NCBI GenBank assembly: GCA_050916045.1
Contig: CP051526.1
Coordinates: forward strand, 3,040,001-3,104,000
Reading direction: 5' to 3'
DNA length: 64,000 bases
From: Tepidisphaera sp.
GTDB taxonomy: Bacteria; Planctomycetota; Phycisphaerae; Phycisphaerales; UBA1924
The position numbers and the translations under genes are program-made. The notes beneath the pieces are model-generated. The model was not told the origin of the DNA, did not search any database, and worked only from the letters and a program-made list of their open reading frames with translations. This document shows positions 39,020-48,584 of the stretch, piece by piece (within the stretch, counting starts at the first letter, position 1; each line of letters begins with the position of its first letter).

Positions 39020-39460
39020 GTAGACAGCTTCACGCCCGGGTAGCGGCCCCGACGATGCGGGGCGTGCGTTCGAGGGACGCTGCCCACGAAAAGATGGTTC
39101 GCTCAGTCGCCCACCGTCTCCGCTACCGCTTCAGGCTCTCCGATTGCCGACTCCCGGGAACGCCTGGCCTCATCTTCCATCGCCTCCGCGCTGCCTACTT
39201 CGTCCCCGGATGCTTCCGGCACCAAAAAGAATACGCCCGGGAACCGCGCGTGCCGAGGTTGAACCAGCGATCCTGGCGGGAGAAGTTGGGACGCAACACG
39301 CAACGCGACACCGAAGCGACTCGATCGCTACGCCGCTTGGGATGGCGCGTGCTCTTAATTCGGTGAATGCCAAACTCGCGATGCGGAACGTTTTCGCTCA
39401 CGCATCGCGAAGTGTCTTCGGTCCACCGATTGGCGACTGGATCAGGCTCCGAGGCCTTAG
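39020..39460 (+). pseudogene. vsr: Very-short-patch repair endonuclease pseudogene
   Basis: VDSFTPG*R (stop at 39041), frameshift, MRGVRSRD..E..VR..HRL.YRFRL...LPGTPG...FVPGCFRH...W.EKL.RN.QRD...L..LGWRVLLI, second frameshift, ECQTRD. Confidence 0.85.
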
Positions 39461-39677
39461 CGGCAACATCCCCAAGTACGAATGGGGGTTTCCACTTCGG
39501 ACTCTAGACTTCGTGAGACCTTTTTCTGGAGCCAGATGTGTAGAGCCGAGACCCTGAACTGGGCAGTCGGTGGCGATGGGCTTCGCATTCCTGTCGCCTA
39601 CCGACAGGAAACCGATCTCCGACGAATCCACCCCAACCCTTGCCGTACAATGACGGGCATCGAACGAGGACGTTCCA

Positions 39678-40424
39678 ATGGAGTACAAGCGGCTAATCGT
39701 CTTGGCGAACTCAATGAAGAAAGACGGTCGCTGTGTCGCGGGCCGCATGCTCTCGACCGAGACGCCGCCAAGCCTCCTCGGGTGGTGTCGTCCAATCAGC
39801 GACAAGGGGGAGGGCGAGCTTTCTCCGCGCCACATGACGATTGAGGGGAATCCCGTCCTGACTCCGCTCGACGTGGTGGATGTCCCGGTTGCTCGCTATG
39901 CAAGCAATGCAGCACATCCCGAGGACTGGATCGTTTCGGGCGGGAAGTGGAAACCGGTAAAGACGTTGCCTTCAAAGGTGCTACCTCGATTGGTCGAGGC
40001 ACCCGAGAGCCTTTGGCTTGAAGACGCCAATCACTCGGATCGGGTCTCGCCAGCCTTCTTCCAGCATGCCAACGACCACCAGTCCCTTCATCTGATACGT
40101 CCTAGCAATCTCCGCCTACGCCTCTGGCGAGAGTTCAACCAGTACAAGGGGTACAACCAGAAGAAGACGCGAGTACTCTTTCGACAGTACATCGACCGTC
40201 ACAAGACCGGAGCATATCTAGGCGAGGACGGCAAGCAGTGCGATGTGCCGATCATCTGTGAAGCAGCGACGGTCTACCGCACCTCGCTGGAGACAATCAA
40301 GATGAAGCTCGAATTGATGGCTCTTGGTGTGACGTTTGTTGGTCGCGAAGCGAGTATCGGCCACAAACGCGGCGGAGGCGCGTTGCCAGTGAATCGGTTC
40401 AAGCAGCGCAAGCGTCGTCGCTGA
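39678..40424 (+). CDS. Dual-OB-domain protein, C-terminally truncated or chimeric
   Basis: N-terminus KRLIVLANS.K..GRCVAG...WCRPIS...PLDVVDV...HPEDW is characteristic. The expected C-terminal OB segment is replaced after about 40185. Confidence 0.65.
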   Translation: MEYKRLIVLANSMKKDGRCVAGRMLSTETPPSLLGWCRPISDKGEGELSPRHMTIEGNPVLTPLDVVDVPVARYASNAAHPEDWIVSGGKWKPVKTLPSKVLPRLVEAPESLWLEDANHSDRVSPAFFQHANDHQSLHLIRPSNLRLRLWREFNQYKGYNQKKTRVLFRQYIDRHKTGAYLGEDGKQCDVPIICEAATVYRTSLETIKMKLELMALGVTFVGREASIGHKRGGGALPVNRFKQRKRRR

Positions 40425-40546
40425 GCCATTCGCCTTTTCGCCGTCGCTTCGGTAACCCGAGGAGATGGCCTTTCCAAAGCCCCGTCACAACAGGAAGCCC
40501 TGACGTTTCAGCGGTGGTTGTGGCATTGACTGTGAAGGAGTTCTCG

Positions 40547-41140
40547 ATGAACGGCAGCCGGTTGACCAATGCGGAACTGAAGAACGTTGTTCTGACCGTG
40601 GCCAAGAGTGACATGCCGAATCCGAAGGATGGAACGTTGCTCGGTGATGCGATGTCTCGTCTTACCACGCCTCCGTCAGCCGCACGCAGCAAGAGACCGC
40701 TTGTTACAGATCCATGGGTCAAGAAGCAGGCTCGTGTGCTGGCTACTGGAATGGGCTTTGACAGTCTGTTTGCGTATCGTCACAAGGAACGATGTGGTAT
40801 CGGAACCGACTACTGCGAGATCGATGTGTCTTTCTGTGACCGGAGGTATAAGTTTGCTACGTCGATGAATTCGATGCCTGACTTCGGAGGTGCGGTGTAT
40901 GTCGGTGACATCAAGCAGGTGGAATGGGTGTCTGCCCAGTGGCAAAATGGACATCAGGTGACAGACTCGGGGGGCCTGACCGCGATCAAGGACAACGATC
41001 CGGACATCAATCACTTGATTCAGAGTGGCCAGATCGAGTTGCTCATGCGTGCCTGCCACAAGACGTATTTCGACAGACAGGACAAACTCGTCAAGAGACT
41101 CAGCAAGCAGAAAGAAAGAGGGGTCTATCCACAGAGATGA
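40547..41140 (+). CDS. Hypothetical protein, possible PD-(D/E)xK nuclease fold
   Basis: AAGGAG RBS before ATG 40547; EIDV...YVGDIK pattern. Confidence 0.55.
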   Translation: MNGSRLTNAELKNVVLTVAKSDMPNPKDGTLLGDAMSRLTTPPSAARSKRPLVTDPWVKKQARVLATGMGFDSLFAYRHKERCGIGTDYCEIDVSFCDRRYKFATSMNSMPDFGGAVYVGDIKQVEWVSAQWQNGHQVTDSGGLTAIKDNDPDINHLIQSGQIELLMRACHKTYFDRQDKLVKRLSKQKERGVYPQR

Positions 41141-41201
41141 TTCGAGCCGGTCGTCGTCGAGCCATGCATCGGGTTCCGAGTGAACAGCCACCGGAGATCG
41201 A

Positions 41202-42677
41202 TCAATATCGCAGACCTGCGCAAGCAGCGGCGGCCTCCTCGGCGGTCCGAAAGTACCCCGAGCATCGAACTTCGCCATCGACCATGACTCGGGCGTAGTA
41301 CCGATTTTTGCCAGCGTGGTACGACACGTTCCTGAAGCCCGTCTTGGATCTCTTCGTCGGCGAGGGAGATTCCGCATTTTCGCGAGAAAGAGAAAAGGTC
41401 TCACCCAGAAAGGGAAGCTGCTGCCGAAGCTGTCGCAGACATTCCCACATCCGTGACCAGTTGCGATTTGCATATGCCTTGTTGATGCCTGGCTCCGCAT
41501 GCGCTAGGTACATCTCGCTCTCTTCAAGCGTCCCAAGTCGCTTGATGGCGTCAGCGCCGGTTTTCCTCAGGAAGCGGATCCCAAGACGACGATCAGGGGC
41601 AATCCGCCGAAGCAGCGCCTTCCACGCCTGCTCGACCGCATCCCTCCTGGTCCTCGGCGTTACCTCTACGAGCGGATTTCCATACTCGGTCAGCAGCCAG
41701 CGGCGATCACCGTTGTCGTCTGCTTTGAACGCCCGAAGAAATTGAACGGTCTCGGGCCACAGGCACCAGCGAGCTTCAACGCCAGTCTTGTCTCTGAAGC
41801 GATGGACGAACGGTTCTTCAATGTCAAGGAAGGTCTCGAAGGTCCGCAGGTTCGAGATCTCGCTGGAGGTGAAGCCGCAGTTCAACCCGAGCAGCATGAA
41901 CAGTCGTACCTTGTTACCGGCAGCGGCCCACAACGCCGACAATTCCTCGATAGTGAACGTCGCCACCTCGCCGCTCACGACCTCCATCGCCGCCCGCTCC
42001 CGTTCCTCTGCCGTCGCCATTTGTCTCTGGCGCAAACGGAAAAGTCGTTCGAATCGCTTGGGCTTGTTCCAGGCGCAGCCGTCCATCTCGAAGTACCAGA
42101 CCAGCATGGCCTTCATCTGCCGGACGCAGTTCACGACCGTCTTGATGGCCAAAGGCCGAGGATCTGTCGTCTGATGGTTGCGCCGCCGAGCGAGCGGGCG
42201 ACGAACCATGAGCAGGACAGCCTCTTGAATTTCACGTTCGCCGATTGATGCCAGACGGACGTGCTGTCCCAAGGCGCGTTTGACCCAGCCCAACCGATGC
42301 TCGGTCGAGTGGACGAACGCCCATGAGACCTGCTTCGCCTCGGCCAGACGGCGATACGAGTCGAGGTACAGCGAGCAAACCTCGCCGACAGTCAGGGCGT
42401 TGGCGTCAACGAAGTCGTCCTTCGCCCTCTTGTTCTCGCTAGCGTCGCCGCTGGCGGCCTTCAGAGGCCACACGGTCGCTCCGGCGGCCTTGAGGCGGTT
42501 CCATTCAGCGACAAGTTCAACGGATCGCCTGATGGCCTCCCGCTCGTCGCCGCCGAGGTACCAGCACTTGGGCTGAGGTTGCCCCTTGCGGCCCATCTGG
42601 TAGCCCACGTATTTGCGGTACTGCCCCTGGACCGCTGACCAACTGACGCTGACCGTTTTGCCTGCTCGTCGTTCCAT
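41202..42677 (-). CDS. Tyrosine recombinase/integrase (non-canonical active site) with C-terminal AP2-like domain
   Basis: LLGLNCGFTSSEISNL, RDKTG, RFLRKTGA, LAH....NKAY; tail KTGFRNVSYH..KNRYYARV.VDG....GYF.TAEEAA.A. Confidence 0.8.
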   Translation of the reverse strand: MERRAGKTVSVSWSAVQGQYRKYVGYQMGRKGQPQPKCWYLGGDEREAIRRSVELVAEWNRLKAAGATVWPLKAASGDASENKRAKDDFVDANALTVGEVCSLYLDSYRRLAEAKQVSWAFVHSTEHRLGWVKRALGQHVRLASIGEREIQEAVLLMVRRPLARRRNHQTTDPRPLAIKTVVNCVRQMKAMLVWYFEMDGCAWNKPKRFERLFRLRQRQMATAEERERAAMEVVSGEVATFTIEELSALWAAAGNKVRLFMLLGLNCGFTSSEISNLRTFETFLDIEEPFVHRFRDKTGVEARWCLWPETVQFLRAFKADDNGDRRWLLTEYGNPLVEVTPRTRRDAVEQAWKALLRRIAPDRRLGIRFLRKTGADAIKRLGTLEESEMYLAHAEPGINKAYANRNWSRMWECLRQLRQQLPFLGETFSLSRENAESPSPTKRSKTGFRNVSYHAGKNRYYARVMVDGEVRCSGYFRTAEEAAAACAGLRY

Positions 42678-42802
42678 GACGGCGGTGTGGTACCCGCCGC
42701 TCTTGCCGATCTCAAGCCAGGCGGCGAGCAGAATCCGGTAAGGCGGCGGGAAAAGCTGTCACGATACCGGATTGGGCTGTTAGGGTCCGTTGCCCCAAAA
42801 CG

Positions 42803-42830
42803 AAAAAACCCGCTGTAAACCAGCGGGTTC
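42803..42830 (-). terminator. Intrinsic terminator downstream of tRNA-Asp
   Basis: Minus strand: aacccgctg-gttta-cagcgggtt followed by TTTTcgTTTT. Confidence 0.8.
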
Positions 42831-42837
42831 CTTCAAA

Positions 42838-42911
<74 letters not shown>

Positions 42912-43132
42912 AGATTGTCTGTCCCGCGGGCTTTCGCCCGCGAGCGGTGCTTTCACACCGATTCTTCCGTCTTTCGCCGCTCGCAAGGCTGTCGAACCTC
43001 GCGAGCGGGAGGTAAAGATAGTCTCGATTCACCGGATTTCAAGTCAAATCCGGGTTTCGTCCTCGGGTCCTTTGCTCGGAATGCGTCCGAGAGCCCGCGA
43101 CCCCGAAGGGCCACGCCACAAGCCCCGCCCGA

Positions 43133-43333
43133 TCACTTCTTGAACGTGATCTTCTTCGGGTCCTGCAGCGAGAACGGCGACCCGTCCGGGGAGACCTTGC
43201 TCGCCGCCTGGAACATCACAAAGCACGCCACCGCCATCGCGATGACCGCCAGAGCGGCCAACCCGGCGAAGACGTCCGGCGCCGAACCCCGGCGAACCCG
43301 ACCACCCGGCATCTGCATTCCAAACTGACTCAT
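43133..43333 (-). CDS. Small single-TM hypothetical protein
   Basis: GAGGAG RBS; one TM (VFAGLAALAVIAMAVACFVMF). Confidence 0.7.
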   Translation of the reverse strand: MSQFGMQMPGGRVRRGSAPDVFAGLAALAVIAMAVACFVMFQAASKVSPDGSPFSLQDPKKITFKK

Positions 43334-43438
43334 CGAACGCTCCTCGCGCCGTCGGCGCGTCGCAGATCTGCTTGATCCATCCGGCCCGAGCCAAGTCGGC
43401 CCGAACCGCCCGCGGCTCCCGAGGGGAGCCTCGCGGCA

Positions 43439-44302
43439 TTACTGAAGGTTGCTCTGAACAACGTCGCCGACCTGCACCGACACGGAGCGGCCCAGGAGGT
43501 CGATCTTGCCGATCGCGTACTTGAGGTCGGTCTTGAGGACCACCAGGTTCCCGACGAACTCGTTGTCGCGGCGGATGGCGAGCTTCATGTTCTCGCGGAT
43601 GTTGTCGTTGGCACCGACGCTGATCTTGGCGAGAAGCTCGCCCGTCGCGTCGTCCTTGGTCACTTCCTCGACCTTGCCCGAGATCGTCGGGCCGGTGTAG
43701 ACGAACGGCTCGTTGGACTTCGCGGCCCCGAGGGTCGCGCCGCCGGCCCGAAGAGCGTCAAGCTGAGACTTGGCTTCCGCGAGCTGCTCGCGGACGAGCT
43801 TCTTCTCGTTCTCGGCCGCGTCATAGCTGCGGCGGAGGTCGGCGATGGCCTTCTCAAGCTCGGCGTTCCGCTTGGCAATCTCGACCTGCTTCGTGCGGCT
43901 GTCGTCGGCGTCCTTGCGGAGGCCTTCGATCAAAGCCGTCTGCGTGCCGTTGGTCGTCGCGAGCTGCGTCGCGAGAGCCTGCGCCTTGTCGGACCCATCC
44001 TGAAGGGTCCGCTGGGTGGCGAGCATCTGAAGGACACGCGTCTCAAGCTCGCGCATCGAGTTCGCGGCCTTCTCAGCGTCGCTCTTGGCCCGCTGGGCTT
44101 CCTGCTTGGCCGCAGAAAGCTGGGTCGCCTGCTCGAGCGCCAGAGCCTGCTGCCCGCCCTGGAACGAAGCCAGCTGCGCCTGCAGGTTCGTGTAGTCGCT
44201 GGCCACACGATCAGAGTTCACCGCGTACGAAATCACGAGCGCGGAAAGGAAGACGCTGAGAATCGTCGCGAACACGACCAGAACCTTGGTGACAAAATGC
44301 AC
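43439..44302 (-). CDS. Membrane-anchored coiled-coil protein with C-terminal beta domain
   Basis: N-terminal TM, long heptad region, then ISGKV.EV...ISVG.ND......F.GNL.V....V.VGD.V; AGGAG RBS. Confidence 0.8.
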   Translation of the reverse strand: MHFVTKVLVVFATILSVFLSALVISYAVNSDRVASDYTNLQAQLASFQGGQQALALEQATQLSAAKQEAQRAKSDAEKAANSMRELETRVLQMLATQRTLQDGSDKAQALATQLATTNGTQTALIEGLRKDADDSRTKQVEIAKRNAELEKAIADLRRSYDAAENEKKLVREQLAEAKSQLDALRAGGATLGAAKSNEPFVYTGPTISGKVEEVTKDDATGELLAKISVGANDNIRENMKLAIRRDNEFVGNLVVLKTDLKYAIGKIDLLGRSVSVQVGDVVQSNLQ

Positions 44303-44695
44303 GGTCTACTCCTGTCTAACGGGCCAACTCGACTGCTTTCCGTTCCCTTCCGGCAAACGGTGCTCTTTCCACGCCGCAAGCCCCACCAACCTCACCAATC
44401 CGGTCCCCAATCGCCCAAAACCGCTTCGGGACGCTCCGGCTCTCGCCGAATCCCCCCCAAACCCGCCCACTCCCTTGGCTCTTCCGACGGTGCGGCACCA
44501 AAGCACGGCACACGCCTGGAAAAGTCCTTACGAAGCCGGGCGGAGGTTCGGTTCCGGGAAAGGGCCGACTATAGGTCGAGCCGTCGCCGCTTTGACGCCG
44601 GGTTGGGATAAATAACGGATCCCGCCGCCGCTGTCAACCGCCCCGGAAACAGGGCTCCCCCCGGGAGCCCAAACACAAACCTTCCAGCCCCGCCT

Positions 44696-46192
44696 TCACC
44701 TCGTGAGAGCACCGGTCCGGCGGGCAATCTTGAGCACCGCCGCCGCCGCCGTGATCCGCACCTGCTCGACCGGGTCCTGCATCAGCTCGACAAGCTTGGG
44801 CAGATGCTCCGGACGACCCGTGTCCCCGTAGACGGCGGCCGCCTGTGCGCGCAAAGCCGGGTCCTCGTTCTTGTGGAACTCATCCGCGATGAAGCCGCCG
44901 CGGTCCAGGCCGAGTTTGCCCAGCGAGGACGCGATCTGCATCCGAACTTCGGCCGGATAAAGCTGCTTGGAGGTCGGATCGCGATACGCGGAGAGGTAGA
45001 CCATCTGATCGATGGGCTTCTTGTCGCCAAGCTCGCCCAGAATCTGCGCCGCGGCGGCGGTGGCTTCGAGATCGTCCGGCCGACCCGGCGTGAGCGCCGC
45101 GCGGATGCTCTCGATCTGGGCCGTGTCACCGAGCTTGAACATCGCTTCGGCGAACTGGAGCATCATGTTGTTGTACTCGCCGGGCGCGGCCAGGGGCATC
45201 TTTCGAGCCGCCGCGTCCTTGAGCATCGGGAGCGCCGAGTCGTTGCCGATCTCGCCGATCAGGAACGCGACGTGCGCACGAATCCGGGGGGAAGGGCTGG
45301 TGAAGAGAAGCTCACCCAGTCGCGACATCTTCGCGTCGTCCACGACCTCGCCGTTCCTCGCCAAAGCCATGATGGCAGACGTCTCGACATAGGGCGAAGC
45401 GTTGGAAAGCAGCGCCCGCGTGCGCGGCGCGAGCGACACCAGCCGCTGCTTGCCGATCGTCATCGCAGCCACCGACTGCACTCCCTCGTTCTGATCGGCC
45501 AGACCCGCGACGATCACGCTTTCGAGGCGGCGGGACGTCATGCCCGCGGCTTCCACCGCGTTGGCACGAACGTCGGGCTGCGGGCTCCGCGAGAGCGATT
45601 CGATCAGCGAGATCGCGTACTCGGTGATGCCGGCTTCGGTCGCCAGATCGGCGGTCGTCGTAGCCGGAGCGGCGGGAGCCGGGGCGTCAGCACGCACCGG
45701 CGCGGCTTCTGGACGCGGCGTAGGGCGCTCGACCGGCTGGGGCGCCGGAGTGGCGGGCTTGCTCGGGGTGGAGTCGTCCAGATCGATCGCGGGCTCGCGC
45801 GAGGGCGTCGCGGGCTTGGGGGTGCTTCCCGCCGCAACCGGCTTGGCCGGGGGGGGCGTGGAGGGCGTGGAGGGCGTGGAGGGCGTCGCCGCGGGCGTCG
45901 AAGGATCGTCAAGCTCAATGGCCGGAGCAGGACGGTTCGCGTTGCCAGAGGGGGTGGAGGGCTTGGGCGCCGCCGCGGGCTGGGCCGTGTTCGAAGCGAC
46001 CGCCCGGCTGGGATCGCGATAAACCTCACCGTCCGCGGAGACCGCCGGCGCGCCGGGACGCACGATGCGGGGCCGGCTCTTGTCCGCGATCGGCGAGCCC
46101 GTGCGTTCAGGGCCGGATTCGCACCCCCCCGCCATCGCGACCAGACCCGCCGCCAAAGCCATACGCAACGCCCATCGTGCCTGCTGTCCCAT
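44696..46192 (-). CDS. HEAT-repeat lipoprotein with Pro/Ala/Thr-rich linker
   Basis: Lipobox-like MAGG-C, low-complexity linker, repeated 'L.D....VR..AA'; GAGGAG RBS before ATG 46192. Confidence 0.8.
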   Translation of the reverse strand: MGQQARWALRMALAAGLVAMAGGCESGPERTGSPIADKSRPRIVRPGAPAVSADGEVYRDPSRAVASNTAQPAAAPKPSTPSGNANRPAPAIELDDPSTPAATPSTPSTPSTPPPAKPVAAGSTPKPATPSREPAIDLDDSTPSKPATPAPQPVERPTPRPEAAPVRADAPAPAAPATTTADLATEAGITEYAISLIESLSRSPQPDVRANAVEAAGMTSRRLESVIVAGLADQNEGVQSVAAMTIGKQRLVSLAPRTRALLSNASPYVETSAIMALARNGEVVDDAKMSRLGELLFTSPSPRIRAHVAFLIGEIGNDSALPMLKDAAARKMPLAAPGEYNNMMLQFAEAMFKLGDTAQIESIRAALTPGRPDDLEATAAAAQILGELGDKKPIDQMVYLSAYRDPTSKQLYPAEVRMQIASSLGKLGLDRGGFIADEFHKNEDPALRAQAAAVYGDTGRPEHLPKLVELMQDPVEQVRITAAAAVLKIARRTGALTR

Positions 46193-46212
46193 TCGTGAAA
46201 CTCCTCGCGGGC

Positions 46213-47988
46213 TTAGGCCGCCCGGGTTGACTCTTCCGCTTTCCGATCTCTGCGACGCTTGAACGCTCGCCACGCCGTCCGAAGCGACATGCCGATCAGG
46301 CCGCCCAAGCAGCCCCACCCAGCAAGATCGCCCAGCCGGCCATACCACGACAACGCCGCTCCGGTTCGGAGTGTACCGACGATCACGCCGTCGCGATCGA
46401 AGGTCCGCGGCGGGACCCCTTCCACACCCAAAGCCAAAGCCGCCGCCGAATCGGGCTCGACGAACCGCCCGTGATGGTCGATCAACGCCGACAAACCGGT
46501 GTTCGCCGCCCGGGCCATCGGCGTAGCGAGTTCCAGACAACGCCAGCGGCCAAGCCGAAGGTGGCTCTCTCGGCCGCTGACCTGCCCCGCGAACCACCCG
46601 TCGTTGGTCATGCACGCGATCAGGTCGGCGCGGCGACCGCTCAGCCCGCCCACCAGCGCGCCCACGTGGTCCGCATCCGTCGACTCAAAGCAGATCGGCG
46701 TGACGACGCGAAGGGTGTCGGGCTTGGAGCCGCCGACCCCGGGCCGCGACCCGAGCGGGACCGGGAAGACCGTCGGCTCCACGCCGGAAGCCAGATCCAC
46801 CCGCATCCCCCCCGCCGCCAGATCCAGCAGCTTGTCTCGAAGCCAGGGCCAGTGCGATGCGTACGGAATCGTCTCTCCAAACGGCGTGGGCTCGAGCTTG
46901 TCGTACCGACCCGTCCACACGCTCCCGTCACCGAGGACAACGTACGAGCTGTTGTACCGGGCCCGGTACCGCTCGCGCCAGCGCCCGTCGACCTTGGCGA
47001 AGTTCAGTCCCTCAATCGTCTCCTGCCCCACAATTGTCGGCACTCCCGTACGACGGACGATCTCGCGCACGATCTCTGCCCGCGTGATCTCGTTCCCAAG
47101 CCCGCGCAGCTCGGGGTGCTCGCCCAGAATCGCGCGCGTCTCAGCGATCTGCCCGTCCGTCAGGACCCAGCCGGCTTTCATCGTCTCCGGCCAGATGATG
47201 AGGTCCGGGTTCGCGCGGCCAGCCACGATCGACAGGGTGAGGAGCCGCTCAAAGTCCGCCTGCGCCTTACCCGAAGACCAGGCGAGTTTGTTGCTCTGCG
47301 GCACGTTCGTCTGAACGATCGCGACGCGCACGTCGACGCCGCCCTCGGGGCCACGGCTTCCGACGGCGGAAAGCGTGCCCCAGACGACCGCGATGATGAC
47401 AACGCCAAGCAGCGGCTTGGTCGAGCGCCGCACCACGGCTTGCACCACGCACGCGGCCACCAGAACGACGAGCAGACCCACGCCATAGAGACCGACGACC
47501 GCGCCGGCCGCGGCCAGCGGAAAGAACTCAATCAGCGGCTCACCCGCCAGATACCACGCGTACCCGCCGAAAATGATCTCGCCCCGAATCACGTCGAGGC
47601 CGACCCAGACCGCCCCCGCCGCGAGCACGCACGCCCACCAGCGGCCGCTCGTCCACGATTCGCGCGTCGCGCGGCTCAAGGCCCACACGCACAGGCCCGG
47701 CCAAATCGAGAGATAGACGGCAAGCGGCGCGACCCCCGCGGCGGTGATCTCACCGATGAACGCGTGGCTGAAAACCCAGAACGGCGCGGTACCGATCGCG
47801 AACAGTCCCGCCCGCTTCCAGTTCACCGCGCCCGACATCCCAACCCACAGCGCGGGCAGCGGCACCGCAAGCGCGAGAAACCAAAGCGACGGCGAGCCGT
47901 ATGCAGCGAACATCAAGCCAGATTGCAGAAGTCCGAGCGCCAGTGCGATCACGCGCGATGATAGACCGCCCGCGTGTTCATGCGTCAA
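46213..47988 (-). CDS. lnt: Apolipoprotein N-acyltransferase
   Basis: TM domain, VQTNVPQ..K, IIWPET, YDK..PFGE, PICFE, TNDGWF, RAANTGLS. Confidence 0.93.
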   Translation of the reverse strand: MTHEHAGGLSSRVIALALGLLQSGLMFAAYGSPSLWFLALAVPLPALWVGMSGAVNWKRAGLFAIGTAPFWVFSHAFIGEITAAGVAPLAVYLSIWPGLCVWALSRATRESWTSGRWWACVLAAGAVWVGLDVIRGEIIFGGYAWYLAGEPLIEFFPLAAAGAVVGLYGVGLLVVLVAACVVQAVVRRSTKPLLGVVIIAVVWGTLSAVGSRGPEGGVDVRVAIVQTNVPQSNKLAWSSGKAQADFERLLTLSIVAGRANPDLIIWPETMKAGWVLTDGQIAETRAILGEHPELRGLGNEITRAEIVREIVRRTGVPTIVGQETIEGLNFAKVDGRWRERYRARYNSSYVVLGDGSVWTGRYDKLEPTPFGETIPYASHWPWLRDKLLDLAAGGMRVDLASGVEPTVFPVPLGSRPGVGGSKPDTLRVVTPICFESTDADHVGALVGGLSGRRADLIACMTNDGWFAGQVSGRESHLRLGRWRCLELATPMARAANTGLSALIDHHGRFVEPDSAAALALGVEGVPPRTFDRDGVIVGTLRTGAALSWYGRLGDLAGWGCLGGLIGMSLRTAWRAFKRRRDRKAEESTRAA

Positions 47989-48527
47989 AGCCAGAGCGTC
48001 TCGGCGTCGCCAGACGCTTTGCTCGTCAGATCAAGCCGCTGCAAAAGCATCCGCATCCCCGTCACATCGCGCTCGTCAAAAGCCTCGGTGTGGTAGCTGT
48101 CGGCGTCGAGCACGCCCCAGCAATTCCCCTCATCATCCAGGAGAGGCACGCAGAGCTCGCTCTTGTCGAGCGGGTCACACGCGATGTAGTCCGCTCCCAA
48201 CGTCGCCACGTCCGGCACCACGACCGGGCGGCGCTCCTTCCAGCAGCGGCCGCACACGCCGTGCAGGCCGATCGGCGAGCAGGCGGGCTTGTTGCGACTT
48301 GGGCCGAGGATCATCTCATCGGCCCCGTCGACCTTCGTGTAGAAACCGATCCACGAGATCGTCGGGTGGAACTCGTCATCAACCGCCCCCTCGGCGGGGT
48401 GAATCGGAATGGAGAACTGGTCCCAGAGCAGATCGATGGCGAGCTTCATCCGTTCGGCGCGATCGCCGACAGGCTTGGCTTTGGCCAGAACCGGCGCGTA
48501 AACGCGATTGAGATTCTTTTTCGCCAT
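47985..48527 (-). CDS. msrC: GAF domain protein, free methionine-R-sulfoxide reductase (MsrC/YebR-like)
   Basis: WIGFY, LGP...KPAC..I...GVCG, YIACD....SELCVP, GVLDADS, FDERD. Confidence 0.75.
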   Translation of the reverse strand: MAKKNLNRVYAPVLAKAKPVGDRAERMKLAIDLLWDQFSIPIHPAEGAVDDEFHPTISWIGFYTKVDGADEMILGPSRNKPACSPIGLHGVCGRCWKERRPVVVPDVATLGADYIACDPLDKSELCVPLLDDEGNCWGVLDADSYHTEAFDERDVTGMRMLLQRLDLTSKASGDAETLWL

Positions 48528-48584
48528 GGACCCGCCACACCCGGCGGACACTGCTTGAGATCCGGCCGGAGAGGCCGGGTGAGA

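Larger units (their letters stand above)
36623..42837. mobile_element. Degraded integrative island adjacent to the tRNA-Asp 3' end
   Basis: Tyrosine recombinase beside the tRNA, RM-like cargo, pseudogenes and visibly more A/T-rich codons from about 37.8 kb. No att duplication found by eye; the left boundary is approximate. Confidence 0.65.

Noticed and set aside
36400..41200. att direct repeat of the tRNA-Asp 3' end
   Set aside because: No match to cgaggcggacgggactcgaacc was found by eye, so the island boundary stays approximate.
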